Below are positions 45,801 to 59,760 of a stretch of DNA of 64,000 nt, piece by piece. Source of the DNA: Takakia lepidozioides (Eukaryota > Plantae > Bryophyta); assembly GCA_030704615.1 (NCBI GenBank), contig CM060734.1, forward strand, positions 1,922,001-1,986,000, in the 5' to 3' direction. The notes beneath the pieces are model-generated. The model was given only the letters and a program-made list of their open reading frames with translations, did no database searches and was not told where the DNA came from. Both the position numbers and the translations under genes were made by a program. Positions within the stretch are counted from its first letter, which is position 1. The number at the start of each line of letters is the position of its first letter.

Positions 45801-47476
45801 AAACGCATCCGAGGCGGTTGCAGTTTTCGAAGGGCGACCTCAAAAGCGGAAGAAGCGTTGATGGGGACATCAACCTTGGAGCGTGGGGGAGGAAATGCAT
45901 GCTTAGCCCGCTTAGCTAGCTTAGGAATCCGATTGCAAAAACTTGTTTGTACAAAACGTGCTATAAATGAAATGGCTTCCAAATATTGTGCGTATTTTTT
46001 TTGTTTGAAATGTTGATGCATGGTATGGTTGGCTAGTGTGTAGAATGCATGCCAGCTTATAAAAGTGGGAGATGTAAATTGGGTTAATAGTGTGTTTGCG
46101 TAGTGCCAAAATCGGGTGACCCCCATCCGAGGGGCAAGGAAACTTGCGCCTTCTTTGGGAGTTCACGTGCTAGTGCGCACCTGGCACATACTATAACTGC
46201 GCTACCGAGGGGGTTGCCTTGTAGTGCGGGCTAACGCGGAAGCACGTGCTTCGTTCACGTACTATAATCGTGTAGCCTCGGGACGAAGTCGTAGTGCGGC
46301 TTCGGCGTGTTCCCGTACCTCAGGCCAGCATTCCAAGGCGGACCCAATTGTAGTGATTGGGGCGCACGGTTGGTTCAAGGTTATCTTCCTAGTGAAAGAG
46401 GGTTCCAGGTGAACCCTTGCTCAAGATGATGCCAAAAGCGGCATCATGAGCGGTCGCAAGCAATGTTGTTGCAGTAAGGCCATTCGATCCTCGGGAGGAT
46501 CGTTCCTTGGCCTTGAAGTAGGCCAAGAAGAGTGCACTGGGAGGAGCTTGAGAGGCTCCACCCTTGGCCGGGACTTGGAGGAAGTCGCCGAACTAGCTAG
46601 TGGAGAGTAGAGTCAAGTGTGGGGTTTGGTTCTTTGCCATGGGACGCCATGGTACGGAAACAAACTCCTTGATGTGGGACGCCACAACTTGGATGGTTGT
46701 TTCTACAAAATGGACAAGTCGATGAGGACATCGACTCCCTGTTGGTAGGGGTGTGTCGCGGCCCTTTGCCTTGAGGGCAGGGGGTCGGGACACATGAGGG
46801 GCTGCCCTGTGGTGGGGGCAGCGGCAGCGATAGGTATGGGGGCTGAAGCACCCTTGAGTTCCCAAGGCACTCAGGGAAGCGGAGGCGCTCACTAGGTGGA
46901 GCCCGGCACACCAGGTTGCGGTGGGGGTGGCTCCACAAGGGGTGGTGGTAGCTTAGCGGGACTTAGTGGGGGTGGCATAGGACTCACCATGGGGGCGGAG
47001 ACCTCGTGGTGGGAGTCGTGGGGAGTCTTGGGACTCATCACGGTCCATAGGGGCCGTGATGAGTGGGCCAAGACTCACCGCGACTCATCATCGGGAGTCG
47101 AGGGTTTTCGTGGTGGTTCGCCATAAAATGGCATGGCTGGTTGTGAAACCCCGCGGACAGCTACAGAAGTATATATAGGGAGTAGTAACCCCGAGAACGG
47201 TGCAAGCCCGTTGGTGACCAAAAACTAGTGAGTGAGCGAGCATGTCGGAAAGCGACCAAAGAGTGGGGAGCTGTTCCGGACTGCCATCTACCAAAGGGAA
47301 TTCCACTAGGCACAAATAGGTGGAGGGTTTAGTGGGGGAGCGAAGGGGGACCGTTATGTCCCGGTGAGCAGCCGAAGCTCCAAGTTGGCCCGGCGGCCAG
47401 GTTGGGAGTCAGACGCGCGCATCAAAGCGAGTAACTATGACTTGAAGGGGAGTTTACCGAAGTGAGGTGCGCGACA
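42866..47476 (+). mobile_element. Family-A chromovirus copy A-prime (pol, chromodomain, 3' UTR, PPT, 3' LTR 46754-47476) nested in the B-prime leader
   Basis: Homologous to A; chromodomain EYEVEAILKSR..YLVKWKGY..EASW; PPT TTGGTAGGGGTG; LTR TGTCGCG...CGCGACA. Confidence 0.9.
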
Positions 47477-47935
47477 CTAAGGGTCATATCCCAATGGCTC
47501 AGGGCACCTGCACCTGCATCCACCGCAAGAACGCCTATGGTTGGCTGGTCATCAACCCAGCCTCACCATAGAAGAAACACTGGTGGTCTTGCTGGTCATC
47601 ACTCCAGCCTCACCACCTACAGCATACTCTAGGATTGACCGGTGATCAAATCCGGCCTAATCCCTATGAAAGCAAGCGCCCACACAAAACCAACATGGCG
47701 CACAGTCAAGCATGCAGGTGTTGGGGGGGATCCAAACACAAGAAATCAAAACATGAACACCCCCACACCAAAATCCAGCTGCAATGCTGATCCTGCAGAA
47801 TAGCCCAGCCCAAAACCCCGGACTGACTGGCCTCTACCAAGAGAGGCTTTGGCAACTATAAGTACAAGGTTATGAAAGTAGTACAGAGATGGAGGGGAAG
47901 AATAGAAGCCCGACCAAGCAAGATCTAATCCTGAT

Positions 47936-48685
47936 CTATGCTATCCACTGCCAGACTTCTCTCAAAGTGCCTCGCTCTGCATGATGGTAAGGTGTAGGAG
48001 GTATATCTATGTCCAGAAACCTGCCACTAACCTTGTCCCAAGCTACAGTAGCTCGCTCTAACCAACCCTCCTCCTCTTTCTGCCAGGTAGAGACAAAGCA
48101 ATACTCCCCTATCTCCCGCTCACTGAACACTAAAGAAAACAAAGGTATGGTCTGATAGTCTCTCAACTCGAAAGCTTTGAGACGGTTGCGGGTGTCCTCA
48201 TTGCGAATGACTGCATCTCCTTCACGCACAACAAACATGTCATTGCTAATGAACCCCCGCTCGTGGTTGCCCTGTGCAGAGCGTATCCGGCTGCAACCAT
48301 GTCTGATTGCACAAACTTGTGTAGCTCCTGCTCCTCTGCTCCAGTACACCACGGCCTTGTGGCTGAACACCTTGGTCCCCGGGGCTGTCTTTGGCTGTGT
48401 TCCAAGCCTAGCTTTCACCCACTTTGGTATTTCACCTACAGCTGCAGAACTGCTGGCTCCAACAGAGTTCTGACTGTCCAAGGCGATATTGAGGCCCTTA
48501 ATGCCAACTACAGCAGTCTGTTGTCTATTGCTAATGCCTGTCTCCCAGTATGCAATCAACTCGTCTAACTGTTCTCCACTCAAATCAGTCTGAGTTCCTT
48601 GGGAAACATAAATCTTGTCCCCTTGTGTGCACAGGCTAAGAGATGAGACCTGCCCTTCAATTACGTCCTCATTTCCCCCAGCCAT
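47936..48685 (-). CDS. Orphan 249-aa ORF in the B-prime leader (sense to gag-pol)
   Basis: Intact ATG-to-TAG ORF with globular-looking composition; no family recognised. Confidence 0.55.
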   Translation of the reverse strand: MAGGNEDVIEGQVSSLSLCTQGDKIYVSQGTQTDLSGEQLDELIAYWETGISNRQQTAVVGIKGLNIALDSQNSVGASSSAAVGEIPKWVKARLGTQPKTAPGTKVFSHKAVVYWSRGAGATQVCAIRHGCSRIRSAQGNHERGFISNDMFVVREGDAVIRNEDTRNRLKAFELRDYQTIPLFSLVFSEREIGEYCFVSTWQKEEEGWLERATVAWDKVSGRFLDIDIPPTPYHHAERGTLREVWQWIA

Positions 48686-49477
48686 ACAAGGAGTACATCC
48701 CCAGATTTATCTCTCATGTAGACCAGAACAGGTTCTAGAAACAGGATTGTGGGTCTTTCATGGCACACTCACACTCTAAAAATTCCATAGATTTCTAGCA
48801 GAGTCCCAAAAACAAAAACCAGGTTTAGATAGGTAGATATCCCCTTTCTGCAGCTATCCCCTCAAAAACTGAGTCAAACGGAGCTCATTTGACAAAGATA
48901 TGACCAACCAGGCTCTTTAAACATAACACCAAAACTCTTTTTCTTTTTTCTTTTTTCTTTTTTTCTTTTTTAACACCAAAACGTTCTCGCCATTACAACC
49001 TGTTCCTAGGTTATCTACGGGTTCCCGAGGCCGTTCCCCCCGACAGGACTTCGCCAGTGAGATTCATAGTCCCTTGGGAGGCATTGAACAGTCTTTAACC
49101 AGCCAAGGGATAGATCCGGCACGGACTGTCAACTCAGCCTCTTCAGTGCAGGTGATTAGAGGATCTGTTGTGGAGGTGACAAAGGAGACTCAAGGAGCAG
49201 ATGGAGTAAATGGAAACACTGCCAAAATACTGGCTGCTGTAGTGACTTCCAATAGGCGACCAGCTGTGTCAGACTCCGAAGATGATGATTCAATCTCATG
49301 GTCAAGTTCAGGCAGCGAGGAGCATAACCGGAAAGAAAGAGGAAGTATCACAGATGAAGGAAAAGAACAGGTGAGTGTATCACGAGCATCTGCAGATGGC
49401 GTGGTTATGGACTCTCACCATCAGTTTGACCATTCTGGAAGTTCTGGGAGTTCTCTAAGGGATGCAGAGCTCCACTC

Positions 49478-49975
49478 TCAAGTGCTTGTGGCAGACACTG
49501 TATCAGAGGTGTATTCGCCTCCCAGCATAAACACACAGGGCTTTCTTGCTGGCGACACAAGGACAAGCACGGCACCCACAACATCCGCAAGGCTTGATCT
49601 TATAGCTCCTGTTCCTCTACTCATAACTGAGACTGTCCGTTTTTCAAGTGCTGATAGTGGTCGTAGGGGGCGATTGGCAGGGGCTGCCGAACTGGGCATT
49701 AAGGAACTCTTCACATACTGTACAGATTGCGAAATGGTGCCAGCCACTTTGTTCAGAACGCCTTCCCCTTGCTGAGGCCTTGAAGTAGAAGTTGAATCAG
49801 TTGGGCTGCCTGTCAATTGACCCACCTGCTCCTTGAAGGCGTCCTTGGCCAACACTGCAGACTGCGTAAGGCTATCGCCTCGTTTCCCTTCGCTGATCAA
49901 CTGTCTCTCGCACTCATCTTCGCCAATTCTGTTGTACAAATTTGTGGTACACCACACTAGGCCTTCTTTGTGCAC
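49478..49975 (-). pseudogene. LEA-like hydrophilic fragment (cargo)
   Basis: SLTQSAVLAKDAFKEQVGQL, GVLNKVAGTISQSVQYVKSSL: amphipathic LEA3-like repeats. Confidence 0.45.
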
Positions 49976-50021
49976 AAGCTTGCCGTTGTTGGGATTTTAA
50001 GAGCAACCCACCTCGCACAAA

Positions 50022-50852
<831 letters not shown>

Positions 50853-51371
50853 TCAAACTCACGCGCAGAGACGACAACTAAATCTGCGCGCACAGCCCAT
50901 GGCAACAGCAGGGCCAGATGGACTCCTGCCCCAAAATATATATTATAATAGTGCTAAAACAAACATTGTATCTAGCTTAGCACCAGCACACTAGATAACG
51001 GTCATCTCTCTCGAGTGATAAGAAAGCTAAAAGACACACTGTTCACACAAGAAACAACATGAATCCAACAGCATCACTCTTTAAAATAGAAGTCGAGCCA
51101 GGGGCACCCCAAGCTATGGGGACTCCACCCCACAACAACCTATCCTCCCATCATAAGCACACTCAGCTTCTAAACGCATGAAGGAGCTCGGTCGCGCAGG
51201 CTCAACTCGAGAGAGATGAGCTGCGCGACTGCCGCTCTCGTGAAGATAAGACGGGTCAGGTGTCAAACTAAACTTGACACCTGATTTAACACTTGACCTA
51301 AATCCAAGTGTTAAATACAAATAACTAGCTTTATTCTAGCTAGTTTCACACTGTGCTTATTTAACTTGACA

Positions 51372-52214
51372 GATATCGTTCTTGAAAGGTTGCTTTCATG
51401 TCGTCCCAGGTTGCAAAATGATTGGCTGGGAACGTTGCCAACCATTCCATGCCCTTTCTGGTTAATGAACAAGGAAATAATCGGATCATTTCCTGATCCG
51501 TGGCCTCATTGTAAATAGTGCACATGTTCTCGAATTGATTAAGATGGATATCTGGATCAGATTTCCCATCATACAGAGGAAATGGTGGTCGGGTTTTGCT
51601 TGCTGGTTGTCCAAACTAAATGGTCCAGCTGCTGTTGATGGTGTTGGTGTTGGGACTGTAACTACTAAGGGTGTTGCTGGTGTTTGTCTTCCAAACAAAG
51701 ATTCAAAACTCGGAGGTCCTTGTCCCAAAGATAGCCGCCTACCAGCTGTTGTCCCTACTAAGCTTAATGAATCTTTGAAAGCTTTGAGTGCGGTTCTGGT
51801 TATCTTTTTTGGAGAGGCAGTTTCACTTCTCTCACCTTCTTCACTCAGAATATTCTCAAACTTTTCTTCCAATATTTCAGCAAAACCTCGATTTTGACTT
51901 GTTACTGTAGAAGGTCCTTCAGATCTTTCTTGTGGTAACCATTCGCCAGGTGTATTGCTTGCAACTCCTTTTGGTGTAATGTTCTCACTTTCCGGAGATC
52001 TGATTTCCTGATCTTCTGGTTTTTCACTGTCAGTTTGTCTTGATGCCTCTCCTTGAATAATATTCAAGTTCTGTAATTCTGGGAACTCTTTTTTTAACCG
52101 AGCTTCCCTTTCTGCAGCATATTTCTCTATTCTTTCAGTTCTGTCTTGCTTAGCTTTTTCCTTATTTTCCTCATTCATTCCTACATCATATATAGAATTC
52201 CTTTTCAGTATCAT
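51372..52214 (-). pseudogene. gag: 5' half of the family-D gag
   Basis: Follows the PBS/leader; continues ...RLFPCSL...W..TWDDMKATFQERY up to the TSD. Confidence 0.75.
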
Positions 52215-52805
52215 TTCATAAGCCTTGGTATGTCAGTAAAGAAAATTATAGTGGTCTCTACCCTTTCTCCAAGATTACACCATCCTGCCAGAATCCGTAG
52301 CACGACTTAATTTTCCTTTACTGATTGATCACCAATCTTTTAATGGCCACAATAATTCCATTTGTCTTTTTCAGTGTATTTGACTTGTAACAAGTCTTTG
52401 GGTCCAGTACTCTACTGCTTCTATGATCATATGACAATATTCATAATTTGAACATCCTTCCCTGAAGATATAACTAGAGTAGCAAATTTTTCTGATTGGT
52501 AATAGAGTAATCAATAAAGCTAGACGAGACAGTCAATCCCCACTTCTGATTCCACATTCCCAAGGTGCTCGTGCAATACTGATCACTCCTCCCTTTAATC
52601 CCCATTTGTCATCTTCTTTCGCAATTGAAAGAAAGATCTTCTGTTGTATTGCTACTGATAAGCCATGAAATTTTTCCAGGAATGCTTCCATTCATTTGCT
52701 TCCGTTGACTCGTTCTTTCGTGATTTCAAGAAATCACTGAGTAACCATCCTTCCTTGAGTTTACTTGAACTTAACATACCGTTAGTCCCCAGTATGGTCG
52801 CCAAA

Positions 52806-53254
52806 TGTTAACCGCTGGTTTATGACTTAGACAAAACAGGCTCTCATCACTACTGCCCATTACCCAAGACATGCAATAGAGGTTGTCCGACAGTATGCCT
52901 TCGAAAATGATTACAGAGTAATCGTTTTAAGGATAGCTAAAACCTAGCAGTCCTCTGAATCAACATCTCTGCAGGTTGTTTAATCCTACTGATTAAGCCC
53001 GACTTGCAGTCCCATTAACCTAAAAGATCTTAGTCAGAAAGGCTGAAGCCGCTTTGTTCATACAGCAAGACAGTATACAAGACAACCAAGAGCTATTATG
53101 AGATGATGCACATTCTCTCTATCTCACGTTCAGTGCCGAGCACTTAGCATTTTCTGCCTCGTGGCCGGGTAGTGTGAAGTAAATCACTACCCGCCATGTA
53201 CCCTCGTGGCTTCAGCTGTCCTGCCCTCGTGGCACTGACACTTAGCCGTTATCA
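52806..53254 (-). mobile_element. Family-D LTR (449 bp) with PPT upstream and PBS downstream
   Basis: TGATAACGGC...GCGGTTAACA; PPT AAAAGAGGGGGGGGGGG at about 53256-53277; PBS TGGCGACCATACTGGGGACT at 52784-52803. Confidence 0.82.
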
Positions 53255-53299
53255 TTTATCCCCCCCCCCCTCTTTTGAAATTGTGTCCGCACAATTTCG

Positions 53300-54338
53300 T
53301 CAGTTCCGGTGTTTGTTGTGTCTCTTGGGGATGTAGGGTGGTGGCATGCCCGTCTGCTGGTTGAGAAGTGTGTCCCAGGATGGTGATGGTCGTGGTGGCA
53401 GCTTCTTGTTCCTGTTGTCCTCATTGTCTGGTTCCTCCTGTAGCTCATCTGTGGGCCAGCTTTCATCATCTGGGTGTTCTGATACTCCGTCCATGCGTAC
53501 CATGTCGATCTTGGTGGACAAAGTTTCTCGGTAGGTTTGCAGCTTCTCCTTGGTCCAGGGCATAATGTCTTTGGTCGCCCTGCTGCCCATTAACCAGTTA
53601 ACTGCTTGCGTCCCTGTCTCTCTGAAGGGGTGGTTTTTATCCAGTACCAACGGTGAAAAGTGGTCTTTTGCCCGGCGCCATGCTTCAGCATATAGTGGTC
53701 TGTTTTTATATGTTGAAGTGCTCGAGACTCTCTCTGGTGGCTGGAATTTGGGTAATTCCCATTGAGTATCCTTGTCAATACTCTCATAACGCTGCCAGCT
53801 TCCTCTCATTGTGACGAACATCCTGTACAGGTAGCTGCCAATATAAAAGCTTGGGAAGCCCATTACCACATCCACTGCTGGGGTGGGGTTGATCTTCAAT
53901 TGCCCCACTGCCCACATGTAAGCTACCAGCTCCTTGTACTCTAGGGGAGCCTGGCGCCAGAATTCAACCAATTCTGCTCTTGACCATGTCTCCTCCCTGG
54001 CCAGTGGCCTCATCCTGTATCTCAAAGGTATGAGCGTTTGATTGAGTAAATGTAATTGACCCAATGACTTGCAGGGGGTTAAGGCCTTGAATACCTTCTA
54101 TATCATCTCTGGGATTTGGTGGGCTGGGACTATCATCATTTCAAAGTATTCCTCTGAATACTTCAGTCGCTCCCCATCCTGCTTGCATGGCATGATTTGG
54201 AAATCATCCACTGCTACTGAAGTTGATGCCACCAGAATACTTGGTAATGGTACGGGGTTTACCTCCTGAGTAGATGGCCCTGCTGTGGCCTGTACCAGTG
54301 CCTGTTGACTTTGTGGTGGTTGTGTTGTTGGTGGTGTT
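53300..54338 (-). pseudogene. C-terminal part of a long accessory ORF just upstream of the D PPT
   Basis: 254-aa ORF plus upstream T-rich fragments that continue beyond the CACTA at 62434+. Confidence 0.5.
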
Positions 54339-55424
54339 CACTAGAAGAAAAATGCGGAATAACCACTCTGTTAACCACCCATTTTGAGTGGTAAAAGACA
54401 CTAAACCACTCTGGCCTCAGAGTGATGAAGAACCAGTGCATTAGGACAAGTGAGTGGTAAAAGACATTACGTGGCACCGGTGGTTAAGGTGGTTCGAACC
54501 ACTCACGTCCGGGTCCACCTGTTAGCTGAGGTGTCACAGTGGTAAATTAACCACTGTGACATGTCAAATGACGTGTCACTGAGGTAAACCAACCACTTAT
54601 GACGTGTCACAGTGGTAAACTGACGTGTCATAGTGGTAAAGTAACCACTTCCGTTTTGTAGTGGAGACGTGTAAGCCGGTGGTCCGTGGATGATATTAGA
54701 GATTATGTCGACACGTGGCGACACTCTCAGCATGGACACGTGTCGTGTGTCAGTGCTACGAAATGGATGGAGTGAAAAATTCAATGACTTCCGAAACCAC
54801 TTGTTGAGGTACCACAAAATGACTCATAGAGTCATTCTATGAAAACTGAGAATATACAATATCACTCACAGAGTGGTTATGTGAGTGGATGACGTCTCTC
54901 AGTAGGTCATTGGAATGATTACCCACAGAGTGGTGTGTAAGCTATTTGAGTCATTCATGGTGTCTCTCTGAGTGGGAACTATGGATTGGAGTCATTACTA
55001 ACCTAGTGGTGTGTAAGTGATTAGGAATACCACTGGAGAATTCATACCACTAGTACAATAATATATATGTGACTACTTATACCACTATACAAGTGGTAAT
55101 GTAGGCAATTGTGTGCATTTGGCTACTCCCACAGTTTTAAATTATACCACTATTACAGTGATGTGCAAGTGATTATGAACATGACTAGAGGAACACATAC
55201 CACTAGTGTAGTGTTTAAAGAAGTACCATTGGGGATTCAAGCTCCACAAAATAGAATAGAATCCCAGAGAGTTAAGTGCTGGAACACAGTCAACAAAATC
55301 CAGCCCTGATAAAAGCACTAAGCCTAACTTGTACACGGCGTCTCCGCATGCATGCCAGGAACACTAAACTGCTTTCATGCCTTCTTCTCACTGTCAGCAA
55401 TGTCTATGCCCAGGCGAACAAAAT

Positions 55425-55700
55425 CTAAGCCCTCTTCATGTTCTTCTCTGGCCAAAGACAATTCAGACCAACGACATCCTCCAACATTGTTTGCGGTGGG
55501 ACCTCTTCCTCGTTAGGGTGAGGCAAGACACAATTGGCAATATAGATATCATTCACCTCAACCCGCCACAATCCCTCAGGTATAACACGGCAGTGATATG
55601 TATCTTTGTCAGGCACACCAGTGACAATTCCACTGGCAGCCCTGTGTCGTGGTAAATGAGGATCATACAGGCTGATTTTGTCCTTCAACTTAAATTGCAC
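55425..55700 (-). pseudogene. TnpA/Tnp1-like CACTA ORF2 C-terminal exon
   Basis: A.G.V....H...IP....RV.V......LP.P......L..VG...LWP pattern. Confidence 0.6.
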
Positions 55701-57379
55701 ACAGCACCGACCATAAAACCCACATTAATCAACCCATGAAGACATACATGTACATTGAAAACTAGATAATGAGGACCACCCAGTATAAGCAATCACTGAA
55801 AGTGTAGAGTACTTTTGGTAGCATACGAATATCCGTCACTGTGGCAGGGGGTTGATATTTGGGGGTTGCCTTTGAAGGCGCCGCAGTTGGTGCACTGTCG
55901 GTGGCAGTATCAAGAGCGGCTTTCTCAGCCTGCAAACATCACGCCCAACACCCCTTAGCAGTTTCATTTAGCAATGCATCTACTAATAGTTTGAAGTACC
56001 CAACATGTAAATGGCCACATTGTACAGAACTGATAGCCAACAGGTGCATGCATGCTCACCTCTAGTACGAAAACTGCTGCATGGAGAGGTGCCTCCTGAA
56101 GGCCCACCTGACTCTTACTCCCGCTAGAACTTAGTGTTATGTCACCATTTGCATCAGTCAAGGACTTTGTGCCTTTGGCAGCAGTGGCTCTGGTTACACG
56201 CTCTCCTTTTCGCATATACTTCTTCTCAGCTCCCTTCACGATGGCTGGGGCAGGGTCCTCTGCTTTAGTCCCCTTCTACATGCCAACAAAACAACAAGGT
56301 ATAGTACATGAGTACGTCTTACCATACCTGATGCATAGAATTCATGGCACACACCAATAAATAGATCATTCATGAAATGTTTTCAGAGTAAAAAACAGAA
56401 AGCCCAAGGACAGGAACCAAGATAAAGTCTTTGAGGGCGTACCTCTTTCTGTGGGGAAGTTGGCTTCACATGCTGATCTGCCAACCCCCTACTGTCACCC
56501 TTACCAGCACTCTCGGTGGAGCAGACATCCTCACCAGCAGCCAATATTGTTGTCCCGCCAGCTCCACCTCCCTTCTTACGTGGCAATTTATCAGGAATTC
56601 CCTTGCGCCCCAATTTTACTTGGGTCACCACAAGGTCCTCAATGGTAGACGACTTTGGCTTTTCCCCAACCTCAAGAGGTTCTCCCTGCACCCAAGCAAA
56701 ACATACCAGAGCAGTAAACTTCAAAGTCAACTAACACTGAATGGATGACAACCACAAAAATAAGTTGGGGTGAAGGTGCACAAACCACCTTCTCCGTAGC
56801 AGTCTTGCCTCCCAAGCCTGCGTCGGAATCGCAAGGTTCAATAACAGTACATATTGGGATAGTAGTTGGAGGAGGGGCGGTTGCTGACATTCCCAACATC
56901 ATTGCCATCAATGCATCCAGTTGCAGCCTAACACAAGCCCCTCCACCCCACAAAGTTAGCAATTATGGAAAATAAGGTCAACTGGGCAACAAGCAAGGTC
57001 GGCAGTTTGTGAACGCATACAAACCTTGGTCCAACGTGCGAAAAAAAGTTTGGCATCCAATGGCGTGAATGCATGGAATGTCATGCTCTAGCGCCCTAGC
57101 AATGTTCCACATCCATTCAGTATTAAAACCCTAACACATGTTCTAACCCATAGTCCATGGGTGAAGCCATTCATCTTTCTAACAAGGTTTCCAGGTCATT
57201 CACATTTAGGAAAGAACCTTGGTTTGATATATAACATTTACCACCATATATGCAGATTGTAAACTCATCACAAAAGCAGATTGCAGGTCTGGAGATAAAT
57301 CTCCGGAACCAGGCTCAAAGCATATCAGGTTCGAAATGAAACAATCAGCCACTCATGCCTTAAGTTCATGAAGTTCTTA

Positions 57380-59760
57380 CCTCGGTTGTCCCACCATTGA
57401 CTGGGGTCAGAAAAGTATTCATTCCACTGCTTCTCCTTGTCACAGCTGTTACCTGTTTCTGGATACTTCCCTGTTGTCACATTGGCAATACCATGTCAAA
57501 GTCACTCCAAACTATCAAAGGCTCACTCAACCAGCTAACTTGCAGAATTCAACATGAAAATTTAGGGCCGATTATGATAAGATGGAAAAACAGGGTGAAA
57601 TGTGTTGAAGAAGGTGCCTTCATTACCAGTGCCTGAGTTTATCATTGTGCCACTGCTGCTGCGGCTTCTAGTTGAGCAGTCACCATCTACCCATGCAAGT
57701 TTCTTGTAGCTATTGATCCATCTGGTACATTTCCAGCTTTGGTGATGCAACCATGCACCTCCGATGCCCTTTTCCAGGTCGCTGCCAGGCATGCACACGC
57801 ACTGCAAACGCACACAAACATGATGTGGTTGAACTTCGCCCCTTCCCCCATCATTTGCTTTCAGGTCTCCAAAGCCCCATACATCGCCCCTGCTTTGCAC
57901 ACCCTGCAAACATCACATTCCACAACACCACATCTCATTCAGCCATAGTGTTGAACACTCCCTTGGCATCCTCAATGCTACCATATTTGGCATACATGGC
58001 CACCAGAGCAGTGTTGAGGATGACATCTGGAACAATTGCAGATTTGATCATGTCACCAGGGATCTCTTTGCCCTTTTCTAGGGCTGCCAGACACACTGCA
58101 AACACACACAAACCTTATGTCGGCGGGCTTCACCCCTTCCCCCATCATTTGCTCATAGGTTGGAGCCTCCATCCCGCACCCCTGCTGTGCATACCCCACA
58201 AGCATCGCACTCCACGACACCACATCTCGTTCAGCCATAGTGTTGAACACTCCCTTGGCATCCTCGATGCACCCACATTTGGCATACATGTCCACCAGGG
58301 CAGGGGCAGTGTTCAGAATGAAATCTGGTAATCTGACAAACATTCTCCTTTTAGAATTGTTCCAGCAAATGCCCCAACCCTACTGACTTAGAGGCTGTAG
58401 TGTCCAAAGCCATGTCCGTTTCCAGAAAATTGTTTGATGAAAATGAAGTTAGGCAGAAAACTTCCCTGGACTTGTTTCCAGTCTGTGACATGGGGGAGGA
58501 CATTATGGATGACCTCAAGGGTCTACCCACTCTCGGCACCAGACTGAAATTTAAACTAAGGGCAGGAATCCTACCTTTGAATAGCAAACAGAAGCAGAGA
58601 GGAAATGGAGAGTGCAATTGCACCCAACTCAACTTATCACACTAGTTCCTATGGTCAATTGCATCTGCTACACTCTGTAATCTGACAGGCATTCACCTTT
58701 TTTCCCTAGTTGTCCCACCAGTTACTGGGGTCAGAAAAGTATTCATCCCACAACTTCTTCTCATATCTGTTACCTGTTTTTGGATACTTGGGGACGACTC
58801 TAATAGCACGGGAATTCAGGGTGAAATATGTTGAAGAAGGTACCTTCATTAGCAGTGGGCCTTGTTCTATCAATTGCGCTGCTGCCATTGCTGTTTCCAG
58901 TCGACCATCGACCCACTCGTAGCCGTTGTGCTATTGAAGAAGGTGCCCTCCCTTCCCCCATCATTTGCTCATAGCTCTCCAAAGCCTCCATCCCACGTCC
59001 CTGCCGTGCATACCATGCAAGCATCGCACTCCACGACACCACATCTCGTTTAGCCATAGTGTCAAACACTCCCTTCGCATCCTAGATGCACCCACATTTT
59101 GCAAACATGTTCACCAGGGTTTTGTTCATAATGACATCTGGTACAATAATAACTCTGAAGATGTCGCCATGCACCTCTTTCCCCTAAGCTGCCAGGGCAG
59201 TGTTCAGATTGACATTTGGCACAATTCCAGCTTTGATGATATCCCCATGCACCTCTTGCCCTTCTCCAGGGCGGCTGTCAGGCTTGCACAAGCATTGCAA
59301 ATGCACACAAACATGATGTGCTTCCCCCATCATCTGCTCATAGCTCTCCAAAGCCTCCATCCCACGTCCCTACCGTGCATACCTTGCAAGCATCGCACTC
59401 CATGACACCACATCTCATTCAGCCATAGTGTCAAACACTCCCTTTGCATCCTAGATGCACCCACATTTTGCAAACATGTTCACCAGGGTATTGTTCAGAA
59501 TGACATCTGATACAATTCCAGCTCTGAAGATGACGCCATGGACCTCTTTCCCCTTTTCTAAAGCTGCCAGGGCAGTGTTCAGATTGATATTTGGCACAAT
59601 TCCAGCTTTGATGATATCCCCATGCACCTCTTGCCCTTCTCCAGGGCTGCTAGGCTTGCACAAGCATTGCAAATGCACACAAACACGATGTGCTTCCCCC
59701 ATCATTTGCTCATAGGTCTCCAAAGCCTCCATCTCACGTCCCTATCGTGCATACCCTGGA
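57380..59760 (-). pseudogene. Captured PLS-class PPR and OSB 'PDF'-motif gene fragments, duplicated
   Basis: ALVDMYAKCGCIEDAKGVFNTMAERDVVSWSAML repeats; LWDEYFSDPSNWWDN (58706-58760) and QWNEYFSDPSQWWDNR (57380-57435). Confidence 0.85.

Noticed and set aside
45860-46753. This region as part of the A LTR
   Set aside because: The LTR is defined by TGTCGCG at 46754 after a PPT and by the 5' LTR start at 12160, so this is 3' UTR.
49074-49775. 233-aa Ser-rich + strand ORF
   Set aside because: No recognisable domain, starts at TTG, and overlaps the LEA-like antisense fragment; it cannot be supported as a gene.
58400-58645. KFKLRAGILPLN...C fragment resembling a LINE C-terminus
   Set aside because: Too short and degenerate to call; no TSD or tail identified.
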